A stretch of 64,000 nt of DNA from Eutreptiella sp. 'Long Island Sound 2002'. Its lineage: Eukaryota; Protista; Euglenida. Below are positions 10,784 through 21,168 of the stretch, one piece after another (position 1 is the first letter of the stretch; every line of letters begins with the position of its first letter). The notes under the pieces were generated by a model that was not told the origin of the DNA, made no database searches, and saw only the letters and a program-made list of their open reading frames with translations. Position numbers and translations under genes: made by a program. The DNA lies in contig OZ038378.1 of NCBI GenBank assembly GCA_964036045.1, positions 165,230,001-165,294,000 of the forward strand, in the 5' to 3' direction.

Positions 10784-11641
10784 CTATGTGTAGTTCTTGA
10801 AATTCTCGTGTGTCTGTCCGGAGAGGTTGGATTGAATGTCCCACATGCGGTTCAGCATGCCCTTGAATTCGTTGTTCCATTTTTTGTTGTCGTTGAGGGA
10901 TTTGTAGTCGCCACACGTGAAGTCTTTGGTGTAGTTGTAGATGATGTTGTGCAGCAACTGTTCGTCATCGCAGTTGTCGGGTATCTTGATCTCTGGCATG
11001 TTCATGTACTCTCTTGGGACCTTCGTCTTCTTTTTCTTGGCAGCTGGTTCTTGCTTGTTGTCGCTGTCATCCATCTCCTTCCGTTTGTTGCTGTCACCAT
11101 CACCGTCCCCTGCTGCCACTTCGGGTGTCAACCCAGCACCGATTGGTGCCGTGTCACGATCACCATCATCGGTCTTGGCGGAGGGGGGGCTGTTATTGTC
11201 GCCATCAGCGATGGGCTTGGCGACCGGATCGGCGACCGGTGCCCCATCGTCACTGGCACTAATATTGTCGCCCAGTCCGGCTGGTGCCGGTGGTTGTTGT
11301 TTCTCGGGTTTGACAGACGACGGCTCTTCTGTGACGACGGGGGGTACTCCGTTCGATCTACATCTGTGTGTCATCATAACCCGCTGTGTGACCGTGGGTG
11401 TCCACAGCATGTCCTCACAGGAAGAGGAATCGTAACAGGAATCCTTCACTGGCTGTGAAACACGTTCCGTGTCTCCTCCTGGTACCGGTGCCGGTGTCAC
11501 GGCGGTGGCGTCGATGGCACCACCACCCTGTCGACGGTTACACAACGCGCCGATGATATCCCTCAACTTGGATAGTGTCGACGCTGGTTTGTGACTGTCC
11601 TTCGACTCGATGTACGTGACCAGGTGGTTGATTATGGACAT
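10784..11641 (-). CDS. Hypothetical protein with acidic disordered middle, NLS-like KKKKTK and helical C-terminal domain
   Basis: Intronless ORF; likely start is the ATG at 11641 (MSIINHLV). Confidence 0.55.
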   Translation of the reverse strand: MSIINHLVTYIESKDSHKPASTLSKLRDIIGALCNRRQGGGAIDATAVTPAPVPGGDTERVSQPVKDSCYDSSSCEDMLWTPTVTQRVMMTHRCRSNGVPPVVTEEPSSVKPEKQQPPAPAGLGDNISASDDGAPVADPVAKPIADGDNNSPPSAKTDDGDRDTAPIGAGLTPEVAAGDGDGDSNKRKEMDDSDNKQEPAAKKKKTKVPREYMNMPEIKIPDNCDDEQLLHNIIYNYTKDFTCGDYKSLNDNKKWNNEFKGMLNRMWDIQSNLSGQTHENFKNYT

Positions 11642-12214
11642 CGTGTCACCCTCTTGCAGCCTCGAGAGACGGTACACACAACATATGTAAGATACAGAAA
11701 ATACAAATGCGGACAGGACAACAATGATGCTGAAAGGCGAATTTTCAGATGGTGTGATTCGTCGAAACGAAGATTGCAAACATACTCGATCTTGGCTGTG
11801 ACCGGAATTGTGCTTGTGGTAGCCTTTGGTTATTTGTTGTATTCGGGAGTAGTAGCACGCACGCCTTGAGGCGATGAAGCTATGGGTACAGCTGAATTCC
11901 TGTGCAGACGTCGCGCGCGCGATGCACTGGGTAGCATCCTACCCATACGTGATCCCAAAATAGATGATGTTCCCGAAAAAGAGAGTACAAATAGAGTACA
12001 TGCAAATGCCGACACGCAAATCACACATATAATCGTCGCAAATCTAAAGGAAGGATTATTTTCGTTGATTGATTTTTTGTTGATCTTGCCTTTCTGCATT
12101 TATCCGATTTTTGCGATTCCGTCCACAATCGCACACTGGCGGCGCAGTGTGAGTTTGAGTTGATTTTGGCAGGCCGAACGTTGTGCCGTGTATCTTGTGG
12201 TTTCATCACAGAAA

Positions 12215-13714
12215 ATGCCCGATGGGGTTTATTCGGCTGTATGGGAAAACCACATCACCGCTGAACATTTCAGATACGCCTCCCGGTCTGCGCCCGTCGA
12301 TGGCGTATTGCTAATTGACATGCACCTGGACACCGGTGTAGATGATTGTCTGCCAGTGTCATGGCTATTGCCATGGATTGTGGAGGCGCGGATTACACAC
12401 TTGTGGCATCTGGTGCCCATGCAGTCGGCACATATGCTCGGCCTGACACATCAGGACCGGGAACGGACCATTTCTCTAATCCTAGATCACGAAGATGAAG
12501 ACGTTATTGGGTGTCGTCTGGCACCGGATACCCCAGCGTTGCTTGTTGGGATTCTCGCTTTGTCTTTACCAAATCTGACTCTTGAATCGGGGGCATCCTC
12601 ACCATGTTATTCGACGCATGTTGTCACGTGGCACCAGCAGGCATTCACTGGCCACCAGCAACTCGAATTACCCAATTGGTTCTCGCAGTCTGGGGATTGG
12701 AAGCTACAGATTTGCGTGGACGTAGACGCATTTGGGCCCACCGTCAAACCTACTGTGCAGAATATACCGGTTGAAATCTGTTCCGATGTACAGAGACTTT
12801 TTAACCCCGGCCCCGTGGGCTCCCATCGGCTGTTGTATCACATCGTCAACTGCCTGCCACGAATAGTGGCTTCTGATGGCCGCAAACGGTCGTCGGAATT
12901 GTTTGTATGCGAGTGCCATCGCGCAGCTGCGATGTCAGATGAGTTCGTGCACTCGATGTACGGCGCTATCGGGCGTTTGTGTCACTCGCGTCTACACATG
13001 GAAGAAGTTGCATACGCATGTGTGCAGGGAACCATTGGGTATTTTGATTCTGATCTGTTGGCACGCGCTGTTGGACTGCTACGGTGGCTGCTGTGTACCC
13101 GTCGGGTACAGCACATTAATTTCTCTATGAGTCCCCAGTGGATGATGCACTGGGAAGGTATACACGGGATGGTGAGGGGCTTGTGTGGGACGCTGTTACT
13201 CCCACCGTCCCCGTCGTTGTCAGACAATATGCTCGTTATCGTCGCTGAATGCATGAGTCATGTGCGACGTGCGGTGGAACAGGCCGTGCTTGTTTATCCT
13301 GATTGGCACGTCATGCTTGTGGTATATCACAACCCCCCTGACCAGCTGCCTTATTTGGCGAGTATGGATGAGATCATGTCCAGCTATCGACCCTCTGTGA
13401 ATGTCAGTTTCCATGACAGTGTGTCGCCAGTGGATGATGCATTTGCTGTGATGGGTTTGCATGATACCGTGGTTGTCTGTAATGCCCTCGCAGAAGTCAC
13501 ATTGGACGACTATATTTCTGTGATCCGTTTCATCGATTCCGGTTGTGTGTGGGGATTGTCCCTGAACAACAGACCCGGTGGTTTCATGGCGAGTAGGCGC
13601 CTCGCCGTCGGTGTGACATTTGCGGATGTGTGTTTTGAAAGTTCACCGTTTCTCTTTGCACAGGACTTTGAGGCTGCACAGGACGTCGAGGGGTTCCTTT
13701 TGCCAATAACCTGA
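12215..13714 (+). CDS. UPF0489 (C5orf22)-like protein, arginase/deacetylase fold, with C-terminal extension
   Basis: VWENH, LLIDMHLD, SWLLPWIVEARITHLWHLVP and ICVDVDAF match the UPF0489 pattern VEDH, HFDSHPD, NWIMPAVYAGHFSHVIW and LDIDLDFF. The ATG is preceded by CATCACAG. Confidence 0.6.
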   Translation: MPDGVYSAVWENHITAEHFRYASRSAPVDGVLLIDMHLDTGVDDCLPVSWLLPWIVEARITHLWHLVPMQSAHMLGLTHQDRERTISLILDHEDEDVIGCRLAPDTPALLVGILALSLPNLTLESGASSPCYSTHVVTWHQQAFTGHQQLELPNWFSQSGDWKLQICVDVDAFGPTVKPTVQNIPVEICSDVQRLFNPGPVGSHRLLYHIVNCLPRIVASDGRKRSSELFVCECHRAAAMSDEFVHSMYGAIGRLCHSRLHMEEVAYACVQGTIGYFDSDLLARAVGLLRWLLCTRRVQHINFSMSPQWMMHWEGIHGMVRGLCGTLLLPPSPSLSDNMLVIVAECMSHVRRAVEQAVLVYPDWHVMLVVYHNPPDQLPYLASMDEIMSSYRPSVNVSFHDSVSPVDDAFAVMGLHDTVVVCNALAEVTLDDYISVIRFIDSGCVWGLSLNNRPGGFMASRRLAVGVTFADVCFESSPFLFAQDFEAAQDVEGFLLPIT

Positions 13715-14446
13715 TAAGGGACCAAGCCGCCAAGGATGATCGTTTCTCTAGCTGAGAGGCACCAGAATTTAATTGTCTGGCCTTAGTATTAAGAATGAAA
13801 TCCGCCTCCCCGTCGGTGTTCCAACCCAGTACCCGTGTTTTGCCGCCCCGGTTCGTGACAACACCTCCCTCCCAATCTTAACCAAATCGGGGAACATCCG
13901 GTGGTTTACCAGTCCAGTCGGTCACGTGATGGCTGGTGATATTTTGCCAGACACGTGCGTGTATACTTTGATGTGCACCACGATGCCCGGTTCACCCACT
14001 CCGTGTACCACGTTTTTACTTGATGGTGGCGTTCCACTTTGGTTGTTTGCTGACAGATGAGAGGACCAACGGACAGATGAGATGGCTGTGTCTTCTATGT
14101 TGTGTATACTCGAACCTCTTGTTGTTGCTGTTTTTTTCACACAAAGAGAAAATTGCAACAGGGACGGACATGGACACACATTGAAATCGAACTCATCCCA
14201 GTTATTAGGTCAACGTGTCGCCTAACGTAACAACAAAACTAAAAAAAAGGAAGCAATGAGTAGTAGTAGTAGCAGTAGCACCCTTCTTTGCGGCGACTGT
14301 ATGTCCCTGCTTGCTGACATACCCGACAAATCCGTATAATTAATCCTATGCGATCCACCTTTTAGCACTACAATGAACACATGGGATTGTGCAATAGTAT
14401 AACGATATATCAATCTCTACCCAGAACAACAAGGACCAATAGTCAG

Positions 14447-14796
14447 TCAGTCGGTGGACACATTGGTAAATTTAGTGACACGGTCGTCGTCCACACCGTC
14501 GTCACGCTGGCGCTTGCACGTCGCGCGAATGATGTCACCGAACCCGGAAGGGGAAACCACATCGAACCGCATTAGCTTGGCCTTAAGTTCAAGAATGTCG
14601 GCGTTCATCAACGTATGCGGGCGTTCCAACTCCGACACAGTACACTCCAGCTCTCGGTTTCTGACCTCGAGTGCATCCCGCGTTTTGACGACCTGCTCGT
14701 TGTAGTCACCACCACGGTTGCGGGTACACATGGAACGGTACCATACCTGCTATGATATCGTTGATGGCCTCGACCGCCTCCGCCGTTTTCTGCCAT
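14447..14796 (-). pseudogene. Frameshifted coiled-coil protein fragment
   Basis: Heptad-like RDALEVRNRELECTVSELE...ILELKAKL; the upstream part lies in a different frame. Confidence 0.3.
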
Positions 14797-15174
14797 TGAT
14801 TTGAGTGTGTTATTTGCTGTCTAAAATCAAGGGGAACACTGCGCTATGGGAAAATTGCAACACGCGAGACGAATTTGCAAACCGGGCAAAGAACGACAAA
14901 AATAAATTCAAGAATACAAATCGAAAATCCAAAATTAACAATGCGACGACGTTTATCTGTCAATCTATCTTTGTGAATCGTGCGTAATTCTTCTCCTCTG
15001 TGTGTGTTATTTTCGGACTGTATGTGTATACGTCACGTATGTGCCGCCGGCTTGCGTCGCGGTCCCGGTGGCGCGCGCGCGCGGCGGTGGTCCGTCCGCG
15101 TGGCGTCGCGTGCGCTTGTCTTTTTTTTGTTCCGTTTTGTTGTGGTTTTCGGTCGAATCCACCCCAAATCTCAG

Positions 15175-15184
15175 TATATAAAAA
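15175..15184 (+). promoter_or_regulatory. TATA-like box
   Basis: TATATAAAAA about 40 nt upstream of an ATG (MSPTSPEH) and downstream of a GC-rich tract. Confidence 0.3.
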
Positions 15185-15984
15185 GAGACACCCACATGCA
15201 CACACACATGCGATCGTGACAATGTCACCCACGAGCCCCGAGCACGAAACGGCTGGTCCGTCACAGAACCCACTTGGGATCGATTGGTTGGCCACCAGAG
15301 GAGTGCCGTGTCATAGTTGCCTGCCTCAAAGGGTAGGTCGGGTGATGTTTGTGGTCCGTGATTGGCGCCCAATCACCATTGAGACCCATTACACATTTTT
15401 GGCCGTGGTGGTTTCATCATCAAAAGCAACACCCTATCTCGCTGCTTCATTCATTTTGCTTTTCCCTCTTTTTGGGGTGGGTGTTGTTACCCGTTCATTT
15501 TTTTGGCGGTGTGGTCTTTGTGTTCTTGTTGTGTACAAAACAGTGCGTGTTTTTTGCTTTTGGCCTGATAAAGAAAAAACAGATGGGTGATCTATTCTGT
15601 CACCTTGAGCTGAATGACTGGCAAACACGAAGCACGACGTACAAAACACAATAAAATCAATTCGGTCTGATGTGGTGACTTGTGTAGACCACCTGGCACC
15701 GTGTATACACGAGATGTCCACTATAATGGATCCATGGATCGGGTTCCGTAGCAATGATCTGACACGCGTGTGATAAATAATGTGTGATGATGGGTTGGGT
15801 GAGAAGACGAGGGAGGATGAGGTGGCCCGTCTGGTTGGTTATTCTCTCTCTCTCTGCTGCTGCTGCCTGCTGCCATGGTTTTTGCCTTATCGCTTACACA
15901 CACCAACCCACTCATAATGCGTGGTGGCCACCACCACCCACCACAACAACGTATGATGGCGGCGGTCGCATATATGCGCTACAA

Positions 15985-16494
15985 ATGAGGATCAAATCCA
16001 ACATCCCTACCCCGTTGATTTGCTCCTCTTTCCTTCTCTTCCTGTTGTTGGTACGAGCTTTGATGCCATACCCAGATCAGATTTTGTGGGTTAGGATACG
16101 GTGTGACAAGGGACAGAAGAAGAGCTGCGCATCTGTAATGTTCGACAAGCATATCAAGGGTTCCGTATGGTTTGATGTTATCAAAGAACCAGTCCCAGTA
16201 TTCGCGTGGGGGGACACACGGGGGGACTGGTATGAGGGTCAAATACAAGTTCGGCCATTCGGTGGTTCTGTTCTTTTCAGAAGATGGTTTAATGAACGAT
16301 TGAATAGCCCATCCCTTGCAAGATTGCCAGGTGATGTATGGGATCACACTGCGGGATTTCTGGGCCTCCCTAACCCTAACCCGGAGACTCATTCCCGGAG
16401 ACGGAGACGGCCATCCAGCGATGGGTGGACGCGACAAATAAAACGGAAGATACTCAGTCATTACAACCATGACTTAGATTCTGAAGAGAACTGA
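15985..16494 (+). CDS. Orphan paralogue A with C-terminal F-box-like motif
   Basis: About 125-aa domain nearly identical to the C-terminal half of 16632..17360; ends SLARLPGDVWDHTAGFL. Confidence 0.55.
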   Translation: MRIKSNIPTPLICSSFLLFLLLVRALMPYPDQILWVRIRCDKGQKKSCASVMFDKHIKGSVWFDVIKEPVPVFAWGDTRGDWYEGQIQVRPFGGSVLFRRWFNERLNSPSLARLPGDVWDHTAGFLGLPNPNPETHSRRRRRPSSDGWTRQIKRKILSHYNHDLDSEEN

Positions 16495-16631
16495 TTCCGT
16501 CCAATAGTAGAGCATTCCGTGAAGAATATTACCAGGAGCACGTATGACGGTGACTGGTGACGACATTTGCTCCTCTTGATTGTTTTTTTTATTATTTATT
16601 CTTGGCCTTCTTAAAAAAACCAAAGTAAGCC

Positions 16632-17360
16632 ATGGAAAACAGACCAACAGAACGACCTGAGCAGACAATACCAGAAATTGCATCGGTGATTTTAGGCAAC
16701 CCAGGTGTTCAGCAAGTGGAGATCATTGACGCATCAATTGGTGTATGCATCGTCGACGCATTTGTGAACAAAGCGCACGGGCACGGGCTGACAATGAGTG
16801 TACCACATGACGATGAAGATTACAGAGAATGGGAGTATCTTCAGATGGAAGAATGCGAACGTACATTTCTACATTGTCGGTTCGACGGGCATATGTCGAA
16901 AGATGTTTTGATACCCACCATCCAGTCTGCCATTAAGCAAACACGACGGAACGCGGATAAAAGGGACCGGCACTCTTTGATGCCATACCCAGATCAGATT
17001 TTGCGCATAAGGATACTATGTGACGAGGGACAGAAAAACTGCGCATTAAATGCATGGAATGAGCATATCAAGGGTTCCGTATGGTTTGATGTTATTGAAC
17101 AACCAGTCCCAGTGAAAAAATCATTCAAACGAGAAGGGTGGTACGAGGGTCACATACGAGTTCGGTCATTCGGTGGTAGTATTCTTTTCAAAAAATGGTT
17201 TAATGAACGACCGGATAGCCCATCACTTGCAAGATTGCCAGGTGATGTATGGCATCACACTGCAGGATTTCTGGGCCTCAATCAAACCAAAAATCATTCC
17301 CGGAGACGGTCAGACCCCCCTGGGTGGACGCGACAAATAAACCGCCCCAAGTATACTTAG
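16632..17360 (+). CDS. Orphan paralogue B with C-terminal F-box-like motif
   Basis: 242-aa ORF; shares LMPYPDQIL...GSVWFDVI...WYEG...FGGS...SLARLPGDVWHHTAGFL with paralogue A. Confidence 0.65.
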   Translation: MENRPTERPEQTIPEIASVILGNPGVQQVEIIDASIGVCIVDAFVNKAHGHGLTMSVPHDDEDYREWEYLQMEECERTFLHCRFDGHMSKDVLIPTIQSAIKQTRRNADKRDRHSLMPYPDQILRIRILCDEGQKNCALNAWNEHIKGSVWFDVIEQPVPVKKSFKREGWYEGHIRVRSFGGSILFKKWFNERPDSPSLARLPGDVWHHTAGFLGLNQTKNHSRRRSDPPGWTRQINRPKYT

Positions 17361-17398
17361 AGTTATCCTGCCTGTGGTGGTGGTACGGCAGGGATGTA

Positions 17399-18097
17399 CT
17401 AGAAGGGGGGGAGGGGGGGTCCCGGAGGGGGGGGGGGGAGGGGGGTCTGGCTGGTCTGGCTATGTGTGCCTGTGGCTGCTAATGCAACTGCTCCTAACCA
17501 TAACCCTTTAATTACTCTAACTACATTGGACGACTTCACCTTTTCTGCCACTATATGTTCAGCTTTCTCATAAAGGTATCCATTATACAAGACAAGTCTG
17601 CTCTTATATTCCATACTTTGTTCAGGTATTATCGTTATTTCGGCTAGTCGCACTGTGCAATGCGAAATCGCATTTTCTAAACTGTGCTCCGGAATCAGGT
17701 AACAGACATTATGATCATGTAATGAGGCCATACCTCTTGGTGCCTGCACCTCTTTTGCTTTATTGCCAACAATAACAACTGCAACTGGGTCACACGCATC
17801 GCTGCTTTGCTTGTCATTTAAGAGCCAGAGCAGACTTGTCAAAAACTCCTGTTTGTCAATACGGTTCTCGAGGCAGCACTCGTGTAAAATAACCCTGTGA
17901 TACTGGCCACACAGTTGTGCCAGATTTTTTTTCAAACCATCAAGGTTATTCACATATTCGAACAACTGATGCTCCACGATCTGAAGATGCACCCCATCTT
18001 CGACAAAGGTCCGCTGGATATGCTCATAATTTTCACCCAATTCTGCATCCTTGCATGAATCGTCATCTGTTGGTGGAACAACCAAAATTCTGAGCAT
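17399..18097 (-). CDS. Ras-like small-GTPase-fold protein lacking the P-loop (pseudo-GTPase), hydrophobic C-terminus
   Basis: MLRILVV (beta-1-like), HRVILH, PVAVVIVGNK (G4-like) and CYLIPEHSLENAI (G5 region); no GxxxxGKS/T. Confidence 0.45.
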   Translation of the reverse strand: MLRILVVPPTDDDSCKDAELGENYEHIQRTFVEDGVHLQIVEHQLFEYVNNLDGLKKNLAQLCGQYHRVILHECCLENRIDKQEFLTSLLWLLNDKQSSDACDPVAVVIVGNKAKEVQAPRGMASLHDHNVCYLIPEHSLENAISHCTVRLAEITIIPEQSMEYKSRLVLYNGYLYEKAEHIVAEKVKSSNVVRVIKGLWLGAVALAATGTHSQTSQTPLPPPPPGPPLPPF

Positions 18098-18456
18098 TTT
18101 TTTATAATTTATGAGTGCTAATTGACATGCACAAAAAACAAAAAGGACCATCCCACTCATACCAAAATGTGTCTGTGGGAGGGTGTCCACAGATGTACAC
18201 CGCACGGATATGCACGTATGCACGTGGAGGAATGGCAACGATCTACTGTTAGTCTTCTGGTTGAAGGTATTGACAAAGCGGTGCGGTTAACCGCAGAGAC
18301 AGGAGATCCATTGGACTGCGCCAGTGGAACCTATATTAGGATATCCTTTTGCTGGCATAGAAACAACTTGATACGTGCAATTGAAGATTACAGATGAGTA
18401 GATACAATGAACGGCTTGTTTTTTTGTTGTTTTGTCTATATACACAATACAAAGAC

Positions 18457-19017
18457 ATGGCACTCTCCCGCCAGAGGAATCATGCAATACTGAGGAACCA
18501 ACTCATAGCACGTTCAAAGCTAAATAGACGAAAACTCGGATGGATTGCCAAATTCTGGGATAGGTACGTATGGGATCAACAAGCCGAACAAGCGTTTGAA
18601 CAAGCAAGATGCGGCAAACAGGAACACATCCTGGACAAACTGTTAGACCCAAGAAAGTGTTGGCTGATGATGACCCACATTGAGAAACTGAAGACAGGAG
18701 AAATAAAGGGCCTACTGGTGCTTGAAGGACAGGAGTATAGAGGCATAGAACTTCTTACCACAGAACATGAGGATTTTGACTTATTCTATCCGAACCACAA
18801 AACCGGGGAAGCTATGCTTGGTGATCGCTCATCTCCAATTGTGAACAAAACACTGTATCGTTCATATCGGAAATATGAAAAGATAATCAACAAATACATG
18901 GGAATGGGCGACACGGCAAGATTGACACCCATGATAGATAATGATAATCCCCATGGGTGCGTACAAAATTACAAAAGGGAGTTTAGTAAGGCGAGGAAAA
19001 AAGAGCTCGAAAAATGA
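18457..19017 (+). CDS. Hypothetical basic protein (orphan)
   Basis: Intronless ORF (18394..19017 in the track) with A-rich context at ATG 18457. Confidence 0.5.
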   Translation: MALSRQRNHAILRNQLIARSKLNRRKLGWIAKFWDRYVWDQQAEQAFEQARCGKQEHILDKLLDPRKCWLMMTHIEKLKTGEIKGLLVLEGQEYRGIELLTTEHEDFDLFYPNHKTGEAMLGDRSSPIVNKTLYRSYRKYEKIINKYMGMGDTARLTPMIDNDNPHGCVQNYKREFSKARKKELEK

Positions 19018-19070
19018 ATTTGCCCATCATGACGTCATCGGACGCAGTGTGGTGTATGTCTTGTAACTGA

Positions 19071-19607
19071 ATGGCTGCCATTCAGTTACAGCAGCGGTTT
19101 TCAAGGAGAAAGCAAGCAGCAAAAACAAACAGCGCCGCAAAAACACAGCAGAGCACGACAGCACAGCACCACAGACCACAGCACAAGGCACCGAAACACG
19201 CCACCAGAGGAGGACCGCGGACAACCGGCCCGAGCACCGCTGTATGCACTCTAAAGTGTATTTTGTACGCTAGCAGGATCCTTATTTATCCCCACCCCCT
19301 GCCCCAACCCTACAATACGAAAGATATCCAGTCCCTTGAACAATTTAAAGAACGAAATGCGAAATCTTTACGCGAGGAGATAGAACAACTGTGTACGCCT
19401 GTGCTCGAGGGGGTCTTGGTAGGGGTAAAAGTCAAATCTACCATACTTGGCAGGCATTCACGGTACGGATTCGACGAGAGTGGCTATAAGATAAAGATTA
19501 CGATAACCGACAAAGCTGAAGCTGCTCTTGTGTACCCCTCTTTGTGGACATTGCTGAAATCGCTCTGGAAAACGCCCCAAGCATACGCAAATGGTCCACA
19601 ACAGTAA
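19071..19607 (+). CDS. Hypothetical protein (orphan)
   Basis: 178-aa ORF; the second half is globular-looking and the first half derives from a CAGCA-rich repeat. Confidence 0.3.
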   Translation: MAAIQLQQRFSRRKQAAKTNSAAKTQQSTTAQHHRPQHKAPKHATRGGPRTTGPSTAVCTLKCILYASRILIYPHPLPQPYNTKDIQSLEQFKERNAKSLREEIEQLCTPVLEGVLVGVKVKSTILGRHSRYGFDESGYKIKITITDKAEAALVYPSLWTLLKSLWKTPQAYANGPQQ

Positions 19608-20299
19608 CCCCCATTTCGTTGCGCAAGCACCAGGCAAGTCAGGAAAACGACAGTCACGCCGTAAAGGCAGAATCAGAGTATCATAAGGAACGCACAGGAA
19701 CGAACCTCCTACACATCGAAAGCAAATATGCAGTATCACCATGTCATGCTACAAGCCCAAGGGGGCGAAGACGGTGAGAGTCAACGGGAGCCAGTGGCAC
19801 ATATCCCAGTCACACCGGCAATGTGTCAGACGCAGTCAATCAAAAGAGTTTGACTGGGAAGGGAAGTTACTACACAAACAGCATAAGAGAAAGCAGCGGA
19901 GTAAAAACAAGGCGCCCTCACTTCCTACTTGGAACAAAAGGGAACAAGAGTGGCTGTACGCACCTCATACACACCTCTTTGTCCATACCTGCAACTTGTA
20001 CATACACCCATGCATCTGAAATTACGTACGTAAGCACGTATTTGTGCCATATACAATTCAACCCGACAACGACCCCCGCCAGTAGTATAACGAACTGTAG
20101 CAAATTGCCTCTGTGCAAAATTTTCCGCTGAGTGTCAGAGCGACTCTCAGGTCTAGATCTGAGCCTGAGTCTGAGTCTGTGTGTGTCCCTGAGACGAACC
20201 GGGACCGCGACTGCGTGGCAGTGGCTGTGGACGTGGAGGCAACGGGCCAGGGGCTGCGTCCAGAACGGTGTCTTGGGCAGGACAAGACAGCGGTCCGGC

Positions 20300-21168
20300 C
20301 TAAGGTCCCGCAACGTCTTCTTGACCTTGAGTGGACTTCAACTGCAGCCTCCGAGTGCGAGTCTTCGGCTGCCCTTGCGCTGGCTCCTGCCCCTGCCCCT
20401 GCCCCTGCCCTTGCCCCTGCCCCTGCCCCTGCCCCTGCCCTTGCCCTTGCCCCTGCCCTTGCACCTGCCACTGCCCCTTCTCCTGCTCTTGCTCCTGCCC
20501 CTGCCCTTGTCCGTGCCCTTCCCCGTGCCCCTGCCCCTGATTTGGCTCCTCGGTGCATGTCGCTGGTGGATGCAGCCGCTCGTTGGTGTTGCTGTTGAGG
20601 CTGGGTCCCGGGGCAGTGCTGAACTTCAAGTTGGCACCGGGGTTCGGGCTGCCGGCCAAGCCTGGGTCAGCGTCAGCGTCGGGGCTGATGCTGAGGTCGG
20701 CGTCAACATTGCGGCGGGTGTTGGGGTCGGGGCCTGGCTGAGGGTCAGGGCCGGGGCCAGGGCTCAAGCTGCGTCTGATGTCCGAACTGAGGTTGATTGC
20801 TGCGTGGGAGGCCTGGCGGGGACTCGGAATGGGGCTGGAGCCAGGGCTGTGCGTAGGGCTGTGGCTGGGGTTGGCGTTGGGGATCCAGCCCCAGCCCAGT
20901 GGGGAGGGCTTGGCGTCGAGGGATGCATCAAGGTCACACGGGCTGTGAGCGCCGAGCCTGCTGTCAGGTCCGCTGCCCGCTGGCTCAGGTAACAAGGAGG
21001 AATGCTGTGCCGCGAGACGAGCGGCGCTTCGGATGCGGCCGACGGAGTCGATGGTCTCCGAGGGCAGGGTCGGGGAGCAAATGATGGTCGAGCACTGCGA
21101 CCCGCCTGAAATGCGCAACATGAAGAAGACCGAGGGCGCCATGTCACGGGCGGCAGGGCGCTCCCTAA
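20300..21168 (-). CDS. Terminal exon: low-complexity S/P-rich and (GQ)n tail
   Basis: A phase-1 join TCC G|TT AGG links ORF 21535..22683 to ORF 20300..21181; the (GCCCCT)n repeat on the + strand encodes GQGQ. Confidence 0.6.

Noticed and set aside
9120-20050. Assignment of the island to a named virus group (polinton, PLV, NCLDV)
   Set aside because: No capsid, A32-like ATPase, pPolB, primase-helicase or integrase motif and no TIRs were found.
20058-20992. Ala/Pro, Leu/Pro and Cys/Pro-rich ORFs; likewise 46229-46862 and 61380-62126
   Set aside because: They are alternative-frame translations of simple repeats.
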